Origin: an uncultured Candidatus Saccharibacteria bacterium
Lineage (GTDB): Bacteria > Patescibacteriota > Minisyncoccia > Phycocordibacterales > CSBR16-119
Length of the DNA stretch: 64,000 nt
NCBI GenBank assembly: GCA_964426385.1
Contig: CAYRQF010000004.1
Span: 12,573 to 76,572, forward strand
Direction of reading: 5' to 3'
In this document: positions 1 to 8,263 of the stretch, piece by piece
Numbering within the stretch: the stretch's first letter is position 1
Layout of the letters: the number at the start of each line of letters is the position of its first letter
Notes under the pieces: model-generated
Told to the model about the DNA's origin: nothing
What the model saw: only the letters and a program-made list of their open reading frames with translations
Databases searched by the model: none
Position numbers and translations under genes: made by a program

Positions 1-154
1 CTCGACTATGTGTCGAGAGAGACGAAGCTGGAGCTGAAGAGGGGGAACGTACTAGTGAATCTCTCTCTCAGTGCAGATAAAGTTCCGATTCTCCCGCGAG
101 ATGACTCGTACAAATACGCCGTGGCGATAGGTCTCGCACTTGGCTAAATTATTG

Positions 155-226
155 TCCTCCCGGCAGGAATCGAACCTACATCAAGACCTTAGAAGAGTCC
201 TGTTCTATCCATTGAACTACGGGAGG
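155..226 (-). tRNA. tRNA-Arg (anticodon TCT)
   Basis: The reverse complement folds as a 72-nt cloverleaf. Acceptor CCTCCCG/CGGGAGG; D-stem GTTC/GAAC; anticodon stem GGACT/GGTCT with two G-U pairs; loop CTTCTAA (U33, anticodon UCU, A37); T-arm GTAGG-TTCGATT-CCTGC; discriminator A. CCA is not encoded. Confidence 0.8.
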
Positions 227-315
227 CTTGCGTGAAATGCATAATATCACAAATTTAATGGTGTTTCTACCGCTTTGCTTTTGAGTTGGTTAAGTGGTAA
301 ATTAGCAATGCTTAT

Positions 316-388
316 GCGCTCTTAGCTCAGTTGGTAGAGCAGTCCGTTTACACCGGAAAGGTCGGGGGTTCAAGTCCCTCAGGGCGCA
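316..388 (+). tRNA. tRNA-Val (anticodon TAC)
   Basis: 73-nt cloverleaf. Acceptor GCGCTCT/AGGGCGC; D-arm GCTC-AGTTGGTA-GAGC; anticodon stem GTCCG/CGGAA; loop TTTACAC (anticodon UAC); T-arm GGGGG-TTCAAGT-CCCTC; discriminator A. It is divergent from tRNA-Arg. Confidence 0.85.
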
Positions 389-431
389 CAAAATGTTTAA
401 TTTTACAGGGTTACCAAAAGGCGGGTCTTCT

Positions 432-1364
432 ATGGAGAGAAGTCCAAAGCAACTCTCCGAAGCAGTATTGTCGAATCTGGAACGAGTCGTATCAGAAGAG
501 ATGGAGCCTATAGATCCTGAGGACGTTGCTGAATCACTTGGAATTTCTTCTGAGGAGGTTGAATTAGATAAAAAATATGTTGAGGAAACAAAGGCCGGCA
601 TAGAGCACGGCAACGATTTGAATAAAGGAATCAAGGCTCTCAAGCTCGAATTGGATGGCATAGAGAGTAAGAGGATACTCGACTACAAAGAACGGCTAGG
701 TGAAGTGTTCGAGGGGTTTCTGTACAAGCACATTGGTGAAAGTCGAATATTTAAGAATGTCATTCTCCACAAAACTGCTGAGTATGACGACCTCCGAAAC
801 GGCGTTGATTTCGTAGCGGAATATGAAAATCCAAATAAGCCTAGTTCTTACATCGGACTTGCCATGGATGCATCTTTTTCGAGCTTTGAGCCGATTGTCG
901 CAAAAAAGATACAACGAAGTTTGGGAGATATCCAGAACAATACTCTCTCTGAAGTAAAGTATTTTCAATTCGATGCAGATTCAGAAGAGGGTAACCTCGG
1001 TATCCCGAGAGTTATCGTCGGCACAGATGAAAAACATGTAAAAGCCTTACTAGAAAAGTGGGACCTCAACGAAAAGGCAGAAGAAAAAGTTGTAAGTTTC
1101 GAGGAAAATCCCGTTTGGACTATTATGGCGCTACAGATAGTCGATCAACTAAAGATGTTTATTGGGGAGTCTGAGGCTCACGGACAAGAGAAGATCTCAA
1201 ATATATGCAGGATCTATTTGGCAGGATTGGAAAAATCCCTTAGAGACAACAAAGATCTTGTTAGTAATCATGAGTGGTTAGCAGATCAGGATAAGACACA
1301 TGTTTTGATAAAGAAGTTTTGCGATGACAGAATAAAAGAATTAGAAATGGAAAAGGCTGCTTAA
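432..1364 (+). CDS. hypothetical acidic protein
   Basis: Long ORF in frame with 393..1364. Start moved to the internal ATG at 432 because the first ATG lies only 5 nt after the tRNA-Val 3' end. I recognise no conserved motifs. Confidence 0.55.
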   Translation: MERSPKQLSEAVLSNLERVVSEEMEPIDPEDVAESLGISSEEVELDKKYVEETKAGIEHGNDLNKGIKALKLELDGIESKRILDYKERLGEVFEGFLYKHIGESRIFKNVILHKTAEYDDLRNGVDFVAEYENPNKPSSYIGLAMDASFSSFEPIVAKKIQRSLGDIQNNTLSEVKYFQFDADSEEGNLGIPRVIVGTDEKHVKALLEKWDLNEKAEEKVVSFEENPVWTIMALQIVDQLKMFIGESEAHGQEKISNICRIYLAGLEKSLRDNKDLVSNHEWLADQDKTHVLIKKFCDDRIKELEMEKAA

Positions 1365-1365
1365 G

Positions 1366-2100
1366 ATGAATCCAGAAATAATATTTGAAAATGACGCCTA
1401 TTTAGTAATAAACAAACCTCCCGGCTTGGTTGTTCATAGCGATGGTAAGACCGTCGAGAGAACGCTCGTTGATTGGGTGATCGAAAACTATCCCGAGATA
1501 GAAAACGTCGGTGAGCCGTTAATCATCCGTGGCAAAGACGAGGAAGAAACTATTATCAAACGTCCCGGTATCGTCCACCGCCTCGACCGCGAGACTTCTG
1601 GCGTGATGATTATCGTCAAAACTGACGAAGCCTTTCAGTTCTTCAAGAGCGCCTTCAAAGACCGAGATATATCGAAAACCTACAACGCTATCGTCTGGGG
1701 TCATGTGAAAGAAGATGATGGCATAATAGATGCGCCGATCGCTCGGTCCAAGAGCGACTTCCGCAAATGGTCAGCTCAGCGTGGAGCTAGGGGTCAGAAG
1801 AGAAATGCTGTGACCGAATATAAAGTCTTGTCTAGATTCATCGACGACGGTCAGAAATTCACATTGCTCGAGCTCAAACCTCAGACCGGCCGAACTCATC
1901 AGATTCGCGTCCATATGAAATACTTCAATCACCCGATAATATGTGACTCTCTGTATGGGGAAGGCAAGCCCAAGGTGCTCGGATTCACTCGGACAGCACT
2001 ACATTCTAGGAAGATAGAATTTGCTGACGTGGAGGGGGAGAATCAGGCCTTTGAGGCCCCATATCCTGACGACTTTCTGGAAACTATTGCGAAACTCTAG
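1366..2100 (+). CDS. RluA-family 23S rRNA pseudouridine synthase (RluD-like)
   Basis: Catalytic motif HRLDRETSGVMII and the C-terminal TGRTHQIRVH motif typical of the RluA family. Tightly packed after the upstream gene. Confidence 0.85.
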   Translation: MNPEIIFENDAYLVINKPPGLVVHSDGKTVERTLVDWVIENYPEIENVGEPLIIRGKDEEETIIKRPGIVHRLDRETSGVMIIVKTDEAFQFFKSAFKDRDISKTYNAIVWGHVKEDDGIIDAPIARSKSDFRKWSAQRGARGQKRNAVTEYKVLSRFIDDGQKFTLLELKPQTGRTHQIRVHMKYFNHPIICDSLYGEGKPKVLGFTRTALHSRKIEFADVEGENQAFEAPYPDDFLETIAKL

Positions 2101-2129
2101 CGCTTGTGTTAAAGTTCCCCGTATCTAAT

Positions 2130-2576
2130 ATGACAAAGACAACCATAAAACTATCGCCTGTAACCCACGAATCGGTCAAGAAGCTCGACGTTAAGTCTGG
2201 CGATACTGTTCGCGTTTGGTCTAAAATCCAGGAAAAGGGCAAAACTCGTCTTCAGGCTTTCGAAGGTCTCGTTCTAGCTCGTAAGCACGGCTCAGAAACA
2301 GGTGCCACTATCACTGTCCGCAAGGTCTCTAACGGCATCGGCGTAGAGCGAATCTTCCCGCTACACTCACCATCTATCGACCGTATCGAACTCGTGAAGA
2401 GGTCCAAGACCAAGCGTTCAAAACTCTACTTCCTCAAAGACAAGACAAACAAAGAAATCAGAAAGAAACTCAAAGCATTCGGCGTCGTAGTCTCTGACAA
2501 AGAAGAGGTTAAAGCTGAAGAGATGATGGACGAAGTAGTAGAGGCTCCAAAAGAAGAAACTCCTAAAGCTGAATAA
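2130..2576 (+). CDS. rplS: 50S ribosomal protein L19 (bL19) with Lys/Glu-rich C-terminal extension
   Basis: DVKSGDTVRV...RLQAFEGLVLARK...TITVRKVSNGIGVERIFPLHSP...LYFLK matches the bL19 consensus. Start chosen at the internal Met (MTKTT). Confidence 0.85.
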   Translation: MTKTTIKLSPVTHESVKKLDVKSGDTVRVWSKIQEKGKTRLQAFEGLVLARKHGSETGATITVRKVSNGIGVERIFPLHSPSIDRIELVKRSKTKRSKLYFLKDKTNKEIRKKLKAFGVVVSDKEEVKAEEMMDEVVEAPKEETPKAE

Positions 2577-2582
2577 AAGCCA

Positions 2583-2903
2583 CTCCGCAAAACATAAATT
2601 TTCTCACCCTGTGGATCGCAAGCGCACTCACGAAAAAACCGCCTGTAGGCGGATTTTTTCTGCGTGTTCGGGTCCTCGGGTTCTAAAATTTATGTTTTGC
2701 TCCGCTATGAGGTTACCGTCTCGACCCTTGGAAAAACACCGTTAAAAAACCAAAGTGGTTTGCTTTAGAAAACAGTTCTGTTCGAAGAAAGGCCTAAGCC
2801 TTTCTAGTTAACGGTTTTCTTGGCCAAAACCGCTTTGGTTTTAGGTGCTTTTACACTGGGTCTAGATTTTTTGTTACTTTTGCATCATGGCAAAAGTAAG
2901 GAG
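2583..2903. repeat. Copy 1 of a ~320-bp structured intergenic repeat family (palindromic A-module 2583-2712 plus multi-hairpin B-module)
   Basis: The outer stem gcaaaacataaatttt...aaaatttatgttttgc encloses CGCAAGCGC and an inner terminator-like hairpin. The B-module carries the hairpins gaaaggc-ctaa-gcctttc and acttttgc-atcatg-gcaaaagt. It shares order and about 75% identity with 11734-12047. Confidence 0.7.
2633..2662 (+). terminator. Rho-independent terminator after rplS (inside repeat copy 1)
   Basis: aaaaaaccgcctgtaggcggattttttctgcg: a GC stem followed by a T6 run. It is nearly identical to the terminator module after pnp at 8264. Confidence 0.7.
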
Positions 2904-2910
2904 AAGTCTT

Positions 2911-3831
2911 TTATTTCTTCCTCTTCGAGTGAAAATTCTTGTGCACTTGTCGAAGTTGAGTGTCGGTAACGTGGGTATAGATCTGAGTTGTGGCGATGTT
3001 GGCATGGCCGAGCATCATCTGGACTGAGCGGATATCAGCGCCGTTTCGGAGTAGGTCGGTCGCGTAGCTGTGGCGGAGTGTGTGTGGTGTAACTTTTTTG
3101 GATATGCCAGCAATAATGGCGTATTTTTTTACCAGTCTCTCTATCGAGCGAGGAGTGAGGCGCATCTCGCCCTTGGCATTTTTATTCTTGCCGAACTGGA
3201 TGAACATGGCGTCATCCATGTCTTTGCGGAGTTTCAAGTATGCCTTGATCGCACTTTTGGCTTCGTCGGACAGGAATACTACTCGGACTTTCTCGCCCTT
3301 GCCTCGGATAGAGAATTCGTCTTTGGTGAGATCTAGGTCGCGGTTGAGGCTAGCGAGCTCGGCGAGACGAAGTCCTGTGGAGAAGAATAGTTCGAGAATC
3401 GCTTTGTCTCGGAGCGCTGAGATATCTGCGCCCTTCGGGGCAGAGAGGAGTCTCTCGAGTTCAGTGTGTGACATGAGGTCGAGGCTTCTCTGGGCAGTCT
3501 TGGCGAGTTCGATCTTGTCTGGCGACATAGTGGTGACCCCGCGCTTCATCATGTACTTGAGGAAGCTCCTGAGCGCTATGAGGTGATAGTTCTGAGTGTT
3601 CTTCTTCATGCTCGCCGCAGTCTGTCCACGAACCTTCATACCAGACTGGCGGTTCAGGAAAAGACGAAACTCGCGAAGTTTGTTCTCGTCTATGTCGGCA
3701 GCATCACCAATCTTCGCAAAATCGAAAAACTTGGTTAGGTAGTGGTCGTAATTGCGAACAGTCCGGAGGGACAGACCTTTCTCGATCTCGACGTATTCGA
3801 GGAATTGTGTTTTGGCCTCGGCAATCTTCAT
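2911..3831 (-). CDS. tyrosine site-specific recombinase, XerC/XerD family
   Basis: The C-terminal catalytic region HTLRHSYATDLLRNGADIRSVQMMLGHANIATTQIYTHV (R-H-R-Y tetrad) together with the N-terminal core-binding domain. Confidence 0.9.
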   Translation of the reverse strand: MKIAEAKTQFLEYVEIEKGLSLRTVRNYDHYLTKFFDFAKIGDAADIDENKLREFRLFLNRQSGMKVRGQTAASMKKNTQNYHLIALRSFLKYMMKRGVTTMSPDKIELAKTAQRSLDLMSHTELERLLSAPKGADISALRDKAILELFFSTGLRLAELASLNRDLDLTKDEFSIRGKGEKVRVVFLSDEAKSAIKAYLKLRKDMDDAMFIQFGKNKNAKGEMRLTPRSIERLVKKYAIIAGISKKVTPHTLRHSYATDLLRNGADIRSVQMMLGHANIATTQIYTHVTDTQLRQVHKNFHSKRKK

Positions 3832-4412
3832 GCATGTATTATACCAAGCGTCGTAAAATAATGGAGATATGCACTAAGTTAGAGATTTGATGTTTGACTA
3901 AGACTTTCAAGAATAAGATAATTAATGAACCGAGGGCTCAGGGTTGGGTATCCGCAAAAGCGGAAGCTGCTCGGCTGACGAAAGGGCTTCTAAGCGAGAA
4001 CGTGGGCGTTCCACGTTCTCGCCTGGAGGACGCTCTTCCGATCATGTTCATTACTGGAGCTCTTGCTCCACCTATATCCACCGCTCTTGTCAGGGCGGTG
4101 TGTTTTTATTTGACAACATCCGTGATCTGGCAGAGAATACAACTATCCCTTAACAGTCCGTGCGATGGAGGGCTGACGATTGTGAAGTTGGTAGGTTGAG
4201 TGAACTCTTCTGAGCGAGCGGTGCGGGCCTGGATCAGGCTTGCGGAATAGGCTTTGGTGGAAGTTCTGAACTGCTGCCCCGGGTCCGTACCCTCACTTGG
4301 AAGAGAAGTTCTTTTGTCACATGCAAATACACGTCAAACCAAACGTTCCTCGAAGAAGACTGTGCTGTTCGCCTGTGAAAGCTGCCGCCCTCGGGCGGCT
4401 TTCGCGTTATAT

Positions 4413-4440
4413 TGACTTAATTATCCAGATATGTTACTAT
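4413..4440 (+). promoter_or_regulatory. sigma70-like promoter (TTGACT-16-TACTAT)
   Basis: Near-consensus -35 and -10 hexamers about 190 nt upstream of rpsO. Confidence 0.5.
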
Positions 4441-4630
4441 CTAGGGGTTCCAAAAGCTTGCCCGGACACCTATTATTTCATCATTTTGCTTTTTCAAAAT
4501 AATCTAATCAATATTTCGGGTGCAAGTAAGAAAACAGCCTAAAAATACCAATATTCTGGCAAAATAAAAGCCATGAAATAATTGGTGTAAGGGCTTGCGG
4601 AACATTTTTATATATAGTAATATCCGACAC

Positions 4631-4897
4631 ATGTTAACGACAGCCAAAAAAGCGAAAGTCATCAAGAAGGCCCAGATCCACGATAAGGATACAGGTTCTT
4701 CTAATGCACAGATTGCTATTCTTTCAGAAAGAATCAAGGAGCTATCCGACCATTTGAAAAAGCACAAAAAGGATAACCACTCTCGCAGAGGTCTAATCAA
4801 GCTCGTCGCTAAGCGCCGAAACCACTTGAAATTCCTCGAGAGAAATGACAAGGCTGCTTTCGAGCAGATCTCAAAAGAGCTCAAGCTTGCTAGCTAA
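4631..4897 (+). CDS. rpsO: 30S ribosomal protein S15 (uS15)
   Basis: DTGSSNAQIAILSERIKELSDHLKKHKKDNHSRRGLIKLVAKRR matches the uS15 consensus. The start is the internal Met of ORF 4595..4897. Confidence 0.9.
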   Translation: MLTTAKKAKVIKKAQIHDKDTGSSNAQIAILSERIKELSDHLKKHKKDNHSRRGLIKLVAKRRNHLKFLERNDKAAFEQISKELKLAS

Positions 4898-4950
4898 GCT
4901 CCTCTCTTAGACTTTTTCGCGGTATACTTTATTTAGATTTTCTAACGGGC

Positions 4951-5052
4951 TGCAAGCCCCCACACCTATATTTTGATTGCGCCGAAGGCGCGTTTATAAA
5001 ACTATAAAAATATAGGTGTGGGGGCAAGCAAAGGAACAATTTATTTTTTTTA
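4951..5052 (+). terminator. Large hairpin with inner hairpin and T-run downstream of rpsO (terminator/attenuator)
   Basis: A 21-bp perfect stem, gcaagcccccacacctatat...atataggtgtgggggcaagc, encloses the GCGCCGAAGGCGC hairpin and is followed by ttattttttttaat. Confidence 0.65.
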
Positions 5053-5091
5053 ATATTAATTTCTACGCATTTCTTTTGCGTACTATAGACT

Positions 5092-5697
5092 ATGAGTAAA
5101 ATCATTAAACACAAGGAACAGCGAGTCGGTGTATTCATCGACGCGCAGAACCTATATCACACGGCCAAGAATCTCTTCGGCCACAAAGTCAACTTCGGCA
5201 AAATAGTCGAAGATGCAGTAGCAGGTAGAAAACTCGTTCGAGCCATTTCCTATGTCATCACATCTGAATCTGGCGAAGAACAAGGGTTCTTCGACGCACT
5301 GAACAAAGCGGGCATCGAGACGAAAGCCAAGGACCTCCAGATATTTGCCGGTGGTGCCAAGAAAGCTGACTGGGATGTCGGACTCGCCGTCGACGCTATC
5401 ACTATGGCGCCGAAACTCGACGCCGTCATTCTGCTCTCCGGAGATGGAGACTTCATCCCGATGGTCCAGTATCTCCAGATCCACTCGGGTATCCAGGTAG
5501 AAGTCGCATCATTTGGTAAATCTTCTTCGCAGAAGCTTATCGAAGAATGTGATGACTTCATGGATCTCTCTGAGAATCCAGAGAAATATCTTATCGGATT
5601 CCGTAGCCGCCGTGTCCCACGTGGGGGCCGAGGCCGACCGGGAACCGACAAGCCGGCAACGTCCAATGTGACGATAAGTCCAGCGGTACCTAAGTAG
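5092..5697 (+). CDS. NYN-domain (LabA-like, PIN-like nuclease fold) protein with RGG-rich C-terminal tail
   Basis: VGVFIDAQNLYH...DWDVGLAVDAITMAPKLDAVILLSGDGDFIPMV matches the NYN/LabA (DUF88) signature. The C-terminus is RRVPRGGRGRPG. Confidence 0.7.
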   Translation: MSKIIKHKEQRVGVFIDAQNLYHTAKNLFGHKVNFGKIVEDAVAGRKLVRAISYVITSESGEEQGFFDALNKAGIETKAKDLQIFAGGAKKADWDVGLAVDAITMAPKLDAVILLSGDGDFIPMVQYLQIHSGIQVEVASFGKSSSQKLIEECDDFMDLSENPEKYLIGFRSRRVPRGGRGRPGTDKPATSNVTISPAVPK

Positions 5698-5730
5698 GAT
5701 TTAGGATTTAAGAAGTAAGATTTAAAAGCA

Positions 5731-5758
5731 AAAAGCCCAATTCGGGCTTTTTGCTTTT
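5731..5758 (+). terminator. Rho-independent terminator
   Basis: aaaaagcccaattcgggctttttgctttt. Confidence 0.7.
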
Positions 5759-5761
5759 GGT

Positions 5762-5789
5762 TTGACAGTCACTGAAATAAATATAATAT
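5762..5789 (+). promoter_or_regulatory. sigma70-like promoter upstream of the tRNA-Gly locus
   Basis: TTGACA at 5762 and TATAAT/TAATAT at 5782-5789, with a 14-16 nt spacer, about 12 nt before the tRNA 5' end. Confidence 0.45.
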
Positions 5790-5801
5790 ATTGTTCGAAA
5801 C

Positions 5802-5953
5802 GGCCCTTTAGCTCAGCCCGGGAGGTGACTTGATAGTCAAGGATCGTTGTTTGTGTACTAGTTAAGCAAACAGCATGAATTGCCAGTATTTTCACCAGAC
5901 AGAGCGCTCGACTGCCAGTTGAGAGGTCCCTAGTTCAAATCTGGGAAGGGCTA
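5802..5953 (+). tRNA. tRNA-Gly (anticodon GCC) interrupted by a ~80-nt insertion in the D-loop (possible intron or pseudogene)
   Basis: The acceptor GGCCCTT (5802-5808) pairs with AAGGGCT (5946-5952). The D-stem halves GCTC (5811-5814) and GAGC (5902-5905) are separated by 87 nt. The anticodon arm CTCGA-CTGCCAG-TTGAG (5907-5923; U33, GCC, A37) is intact, as is the T-arm CCTAG-TTCAAAT-CTGGG. The insert is closed by ggtga/tcacc. Confidence 0.6.
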
Positions 5954-5957
5954 CAAT

Positions 5958-5992
5958 GAAGTCCGCCATGAATGTGGCGGGCTTCCTTTTTT
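5958..5992 (+). terminator. Rho-independent terminator after tRNA-Gly
   Basis: aagtccgccatgaatgtggcgggcttcctttttt. Confidence 0.7.
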
Positions 5993-6104
5993 AGGAGAAA
6001 TCTCTATACTTTAGATATTAAAAGATTAACTAGTTTGCGTTTAGGCAGGTAGGATTGAAGCCATTGGTTTCAGTACTAAAGCCTAGACGGAAACTCATAA
6101 TTAG

Positions 6105-8219
6105 ATGAAAGAAAAGAAATTTAGTTTAGAGCTTGGGGGACAGAATATTGTCGCCACTTTTTCGGATTTTGCCGATCAGTCGAACGCTGTGTTCATGTCC
6201 TGCAACGACACGATCGTTCTAGTTACAGCAGTCATGTCCAAAGAAAAGAGCGATATGCCGTACTTCAACCTCACAGTCGACTATCTCGAGAAGTTCTATG
6301 CTTCGGGCAAGATTGGCGGAGGCAGGTTCATGAAGCGTGAAGGCAAGCCGACAGACGAGGCTATACTTGCTGGGCGTGTTATCGACCGCACCATCCGTCC
6401 ACTCTTCGATCAGACTATGGAATACGGCGTTCAGATCATTGCTACAGTCCTGTCTATGGATGACTCGATTGATCCAGGCATACTCGCCGTGAATGGTGCG
6501 TCTCTCATACTCTCAGTTTCCGAGATCCCATGGGCTGGCCCTGTCGGTGCAGTTAGACTCGGAGAGTTTGAGGGTAAAGTGCTCCTGAACTCATCTCAGA
6601 AAACTCGCCAAGCTGGTTTTGATTACGACCTCATCGTCTGTGGTAAGGATGGGCGGGTGAACATGGTTGAAGCTATCGCTTACCAGATCCCCGAGGACGT
6701 CATCGCTGCCGGACTAGCCAAGGCATCGACTGAGATAACGAAGCTTGAGAACTGGCAGAAGGAGATAGGCAAAGAGCTCGGCAAGACCAAGCGTGTCATC
6801 GAGAAAGAAAATGTTTCAGCTGAAGTTCTGGCAATATTTAATGACAAGATTGCCGGAGTGCTCAAAGACTACGTTATGACCGGCACTCCAGGTAAAGAAA
6901 AGATGGAGGAGATCAAGTCTGTTTGGAAAAAAGCTCTGAAGGACGCAATGCCTGATGCCAAATCTCTGAAGAAAGAGATGGAATACTTCGAAGAAGAGAT
7001 CAACAAGATTATTCACGATGAGGCTGTGCAGAATGACAAGCGTGCGGATGGTCGCAGGATGGATGAGGTGCGAGAACTCTTCGCCAAGGCTGGTGGATTC
7101 TCGTCACGTCTCCACGGAACAGGTATTTTCTATCGCGGAGGTACACACATCCTGACAGCGCTTACGCTCGGTGGTCCAGAAGACATGCAGCTCGTTGATG
7201 GCATGGAGGTAGAAGAGGACAAGCGCTTCATGCATCACTATAACTTCCCACCGTACTCCGTCGGAGAAACTGGTCGGGCTGGATTCGTGAACCGCCGCGA
7301 GGTCGGCCACGGTGCACTCGCTGAGAAGGCTCTCGAAGTCGTGCTCCCGAACAAAGAAGATTTCCCCTATACTATCCGTCTCGTGTCAGAAGCTCTAGCC
7401 TCGAATGGTTCGACATCTCAGGCGTCCATCTGCGCCTCTACTCTCGCTCTCATGGACGGCGGTGTGCCGATCAAGGCGCCAGTCGCCGGCATCGCTATGG
7501 GACTCATGTACAAGGATGAACAGAACTACAAAGTCCTGACTGACATCCAGGGCCCTGAGGATCACCACGGTGACATGGACTTCAAGGCGGCCGGTACTGA
7601 GAAGGGTGTCACAGCCATCCAGCTCGATGTGAAGGTGGAGGGTGTCAGTCTAAAAATTCTCGGTGAAGCACTCGAGCAGTCTAAAAAGGCTCGTATGCAG
7701 ATACTCGAGGTTATCAAGGCGGCTATTCCAGAACCACGCAAAGAGATTAGTCCATTCGCACCGAAGATTGTCGTGACGAAAATCGCTCCATCAAAGATCG
7801 GCCTCGTTATCGGTGGAGGTGGCAAGACAATCAACGAGATTCGCGAGAAGACTGGTACCGAGATCACTATCGAGGACGACGGAACAGTCTACATCACCGG
7901 ACTTGCTGATGGACCAGAGCGTGCCAAGAAGATAATCGAAGACATGGTCTTCGAGTGGCCGATAGGTTCTGTTACTAGTGGGGAAGTTGTCGGTATCAAG
8001 GAATTCGGTGCGTTCGTCAAAATGATGAATGGGCAGGAAGGTATGGCACACATCTCTGAACTTGCAGACTTCCGTGTAGAGAAAGTAGAGGATTACCTCA
8101 AGCTAGGCCAGATAATCCCAGTCAAAGTTGTAAAGATAGAGAACGGCAAGATTGGGCTCTCAATCAAGCAAGCACAGAAAGACTTCCTGACAAAAAAGAG
8201 CTCCGAAAAACCTGTTTAG
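6105..8219 (+). CDS. pnp: polynucleotide phosphorylase (PNPase)
   Basis: Two RNase PH-like domains, the RLHGTGIFYRGGTHILTALTLGG motif, a KH domain (GLVIGGGGKTINEIREKTG) and an S1 domain at the C-terminus. It follows rpsO, as in the canonical operon. Confidence 0.95.
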   Translation: MKEKKFSLELGGQNIVATFSDFADQSNAVFMSCNDTIVLVTAVMSKEKSDMPYFNLTVDYLEKFYASGKIGGGRFMKREGKPTDEAILAGRVIDRTIRPLFDQTMEYGVQIIATVLSMDDSIDPGILAVNGASLILSVSEIPWAGPVGAVRLGEFEGKVLLNSSQKTRQAGFDYDLIVCGKDGRVNMVEAIAYQIPEDVIAAGLAKASTEITKLENWQKEIGKELGKTKRVIEKENVSAEVLAIFNDKIAGVLKDYVMTGTPGKEKMEEIKSVWKKALKDAMPDAKSLKKEMEYFEEEINKIIHDEAVQNDKRADGRRMDEVRELFAKAGGFSSRLHGTGIFYRGGTHILTALTLGGPEDMQLVDGMEVEEDKRFMHHYNFPPYSVGETGRAGFVNRREVGHGALAEKALEVVLPNKEDFPYTIRLVSEALASNGSTSQASICASTLALMDGGVPIKAPVAGIAMGLMYKDEQNYKVLTDIQGPEDHHGDMDFKAAGTEKGVTAIQLDVKVEGVSLKILGEALEQSKKARMQILEVIKAAIPEPRKEISPFAPKIVVTKIAPSKIGLVIGGGGKTINEIREKTGTEITIEDDGTVYITGLADGPERAKKIIEDMVFEWPIGSVTSGEVVGIKEFGAFVKMMNGQEGMAHISELADFRVEKVEDYLKLGQIIPVKVVKIENGKIGLSIKQAQKDFLTKKSSEKPV

Positions 8220-8263
8220 AAATGCGCGCGTTCTCGCTTGTAAACGGCGAGCCGCTCAGTCTA

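Noticed and set aside
302-661. 119-aa minus-strand ORF overlapping tRNA-Val and antisense to the 432-1364 gene
   Set aside because: It lies across a well-formed tRNA and inside a longer ORF on the other strand. Its composition is low-complexity Ser-rich. It is treated as a spurious antisense ORF.
3860-4400. RNase P RNA / tmRNA / SRP RNA call
   Set aside because: Only a short AACAGTCCGTG-like match to RNase P was seen. P4 pairing partners, the GGAAAGTCCGG motif and a tRNA-like 3' end for tmRNA could not be found. The evidence is insufficient to annotate.
3894-4542. Several 69-101-aa ORFs in the xerC-rpsO intergenic region
   Set aside because: The ORFs overlap one another and have no RBS or recognisable motif. 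The region is GC-rich and looks non-coding. I kept it as a candidate ncRNA interval instead.
6680-8051. Multiple 60-100-aa minus-strand ORFs inside pnp
   Set aside because: They are antisense to a highly conserved, full-length PNPase reading frame and are classic shadow ORFs.
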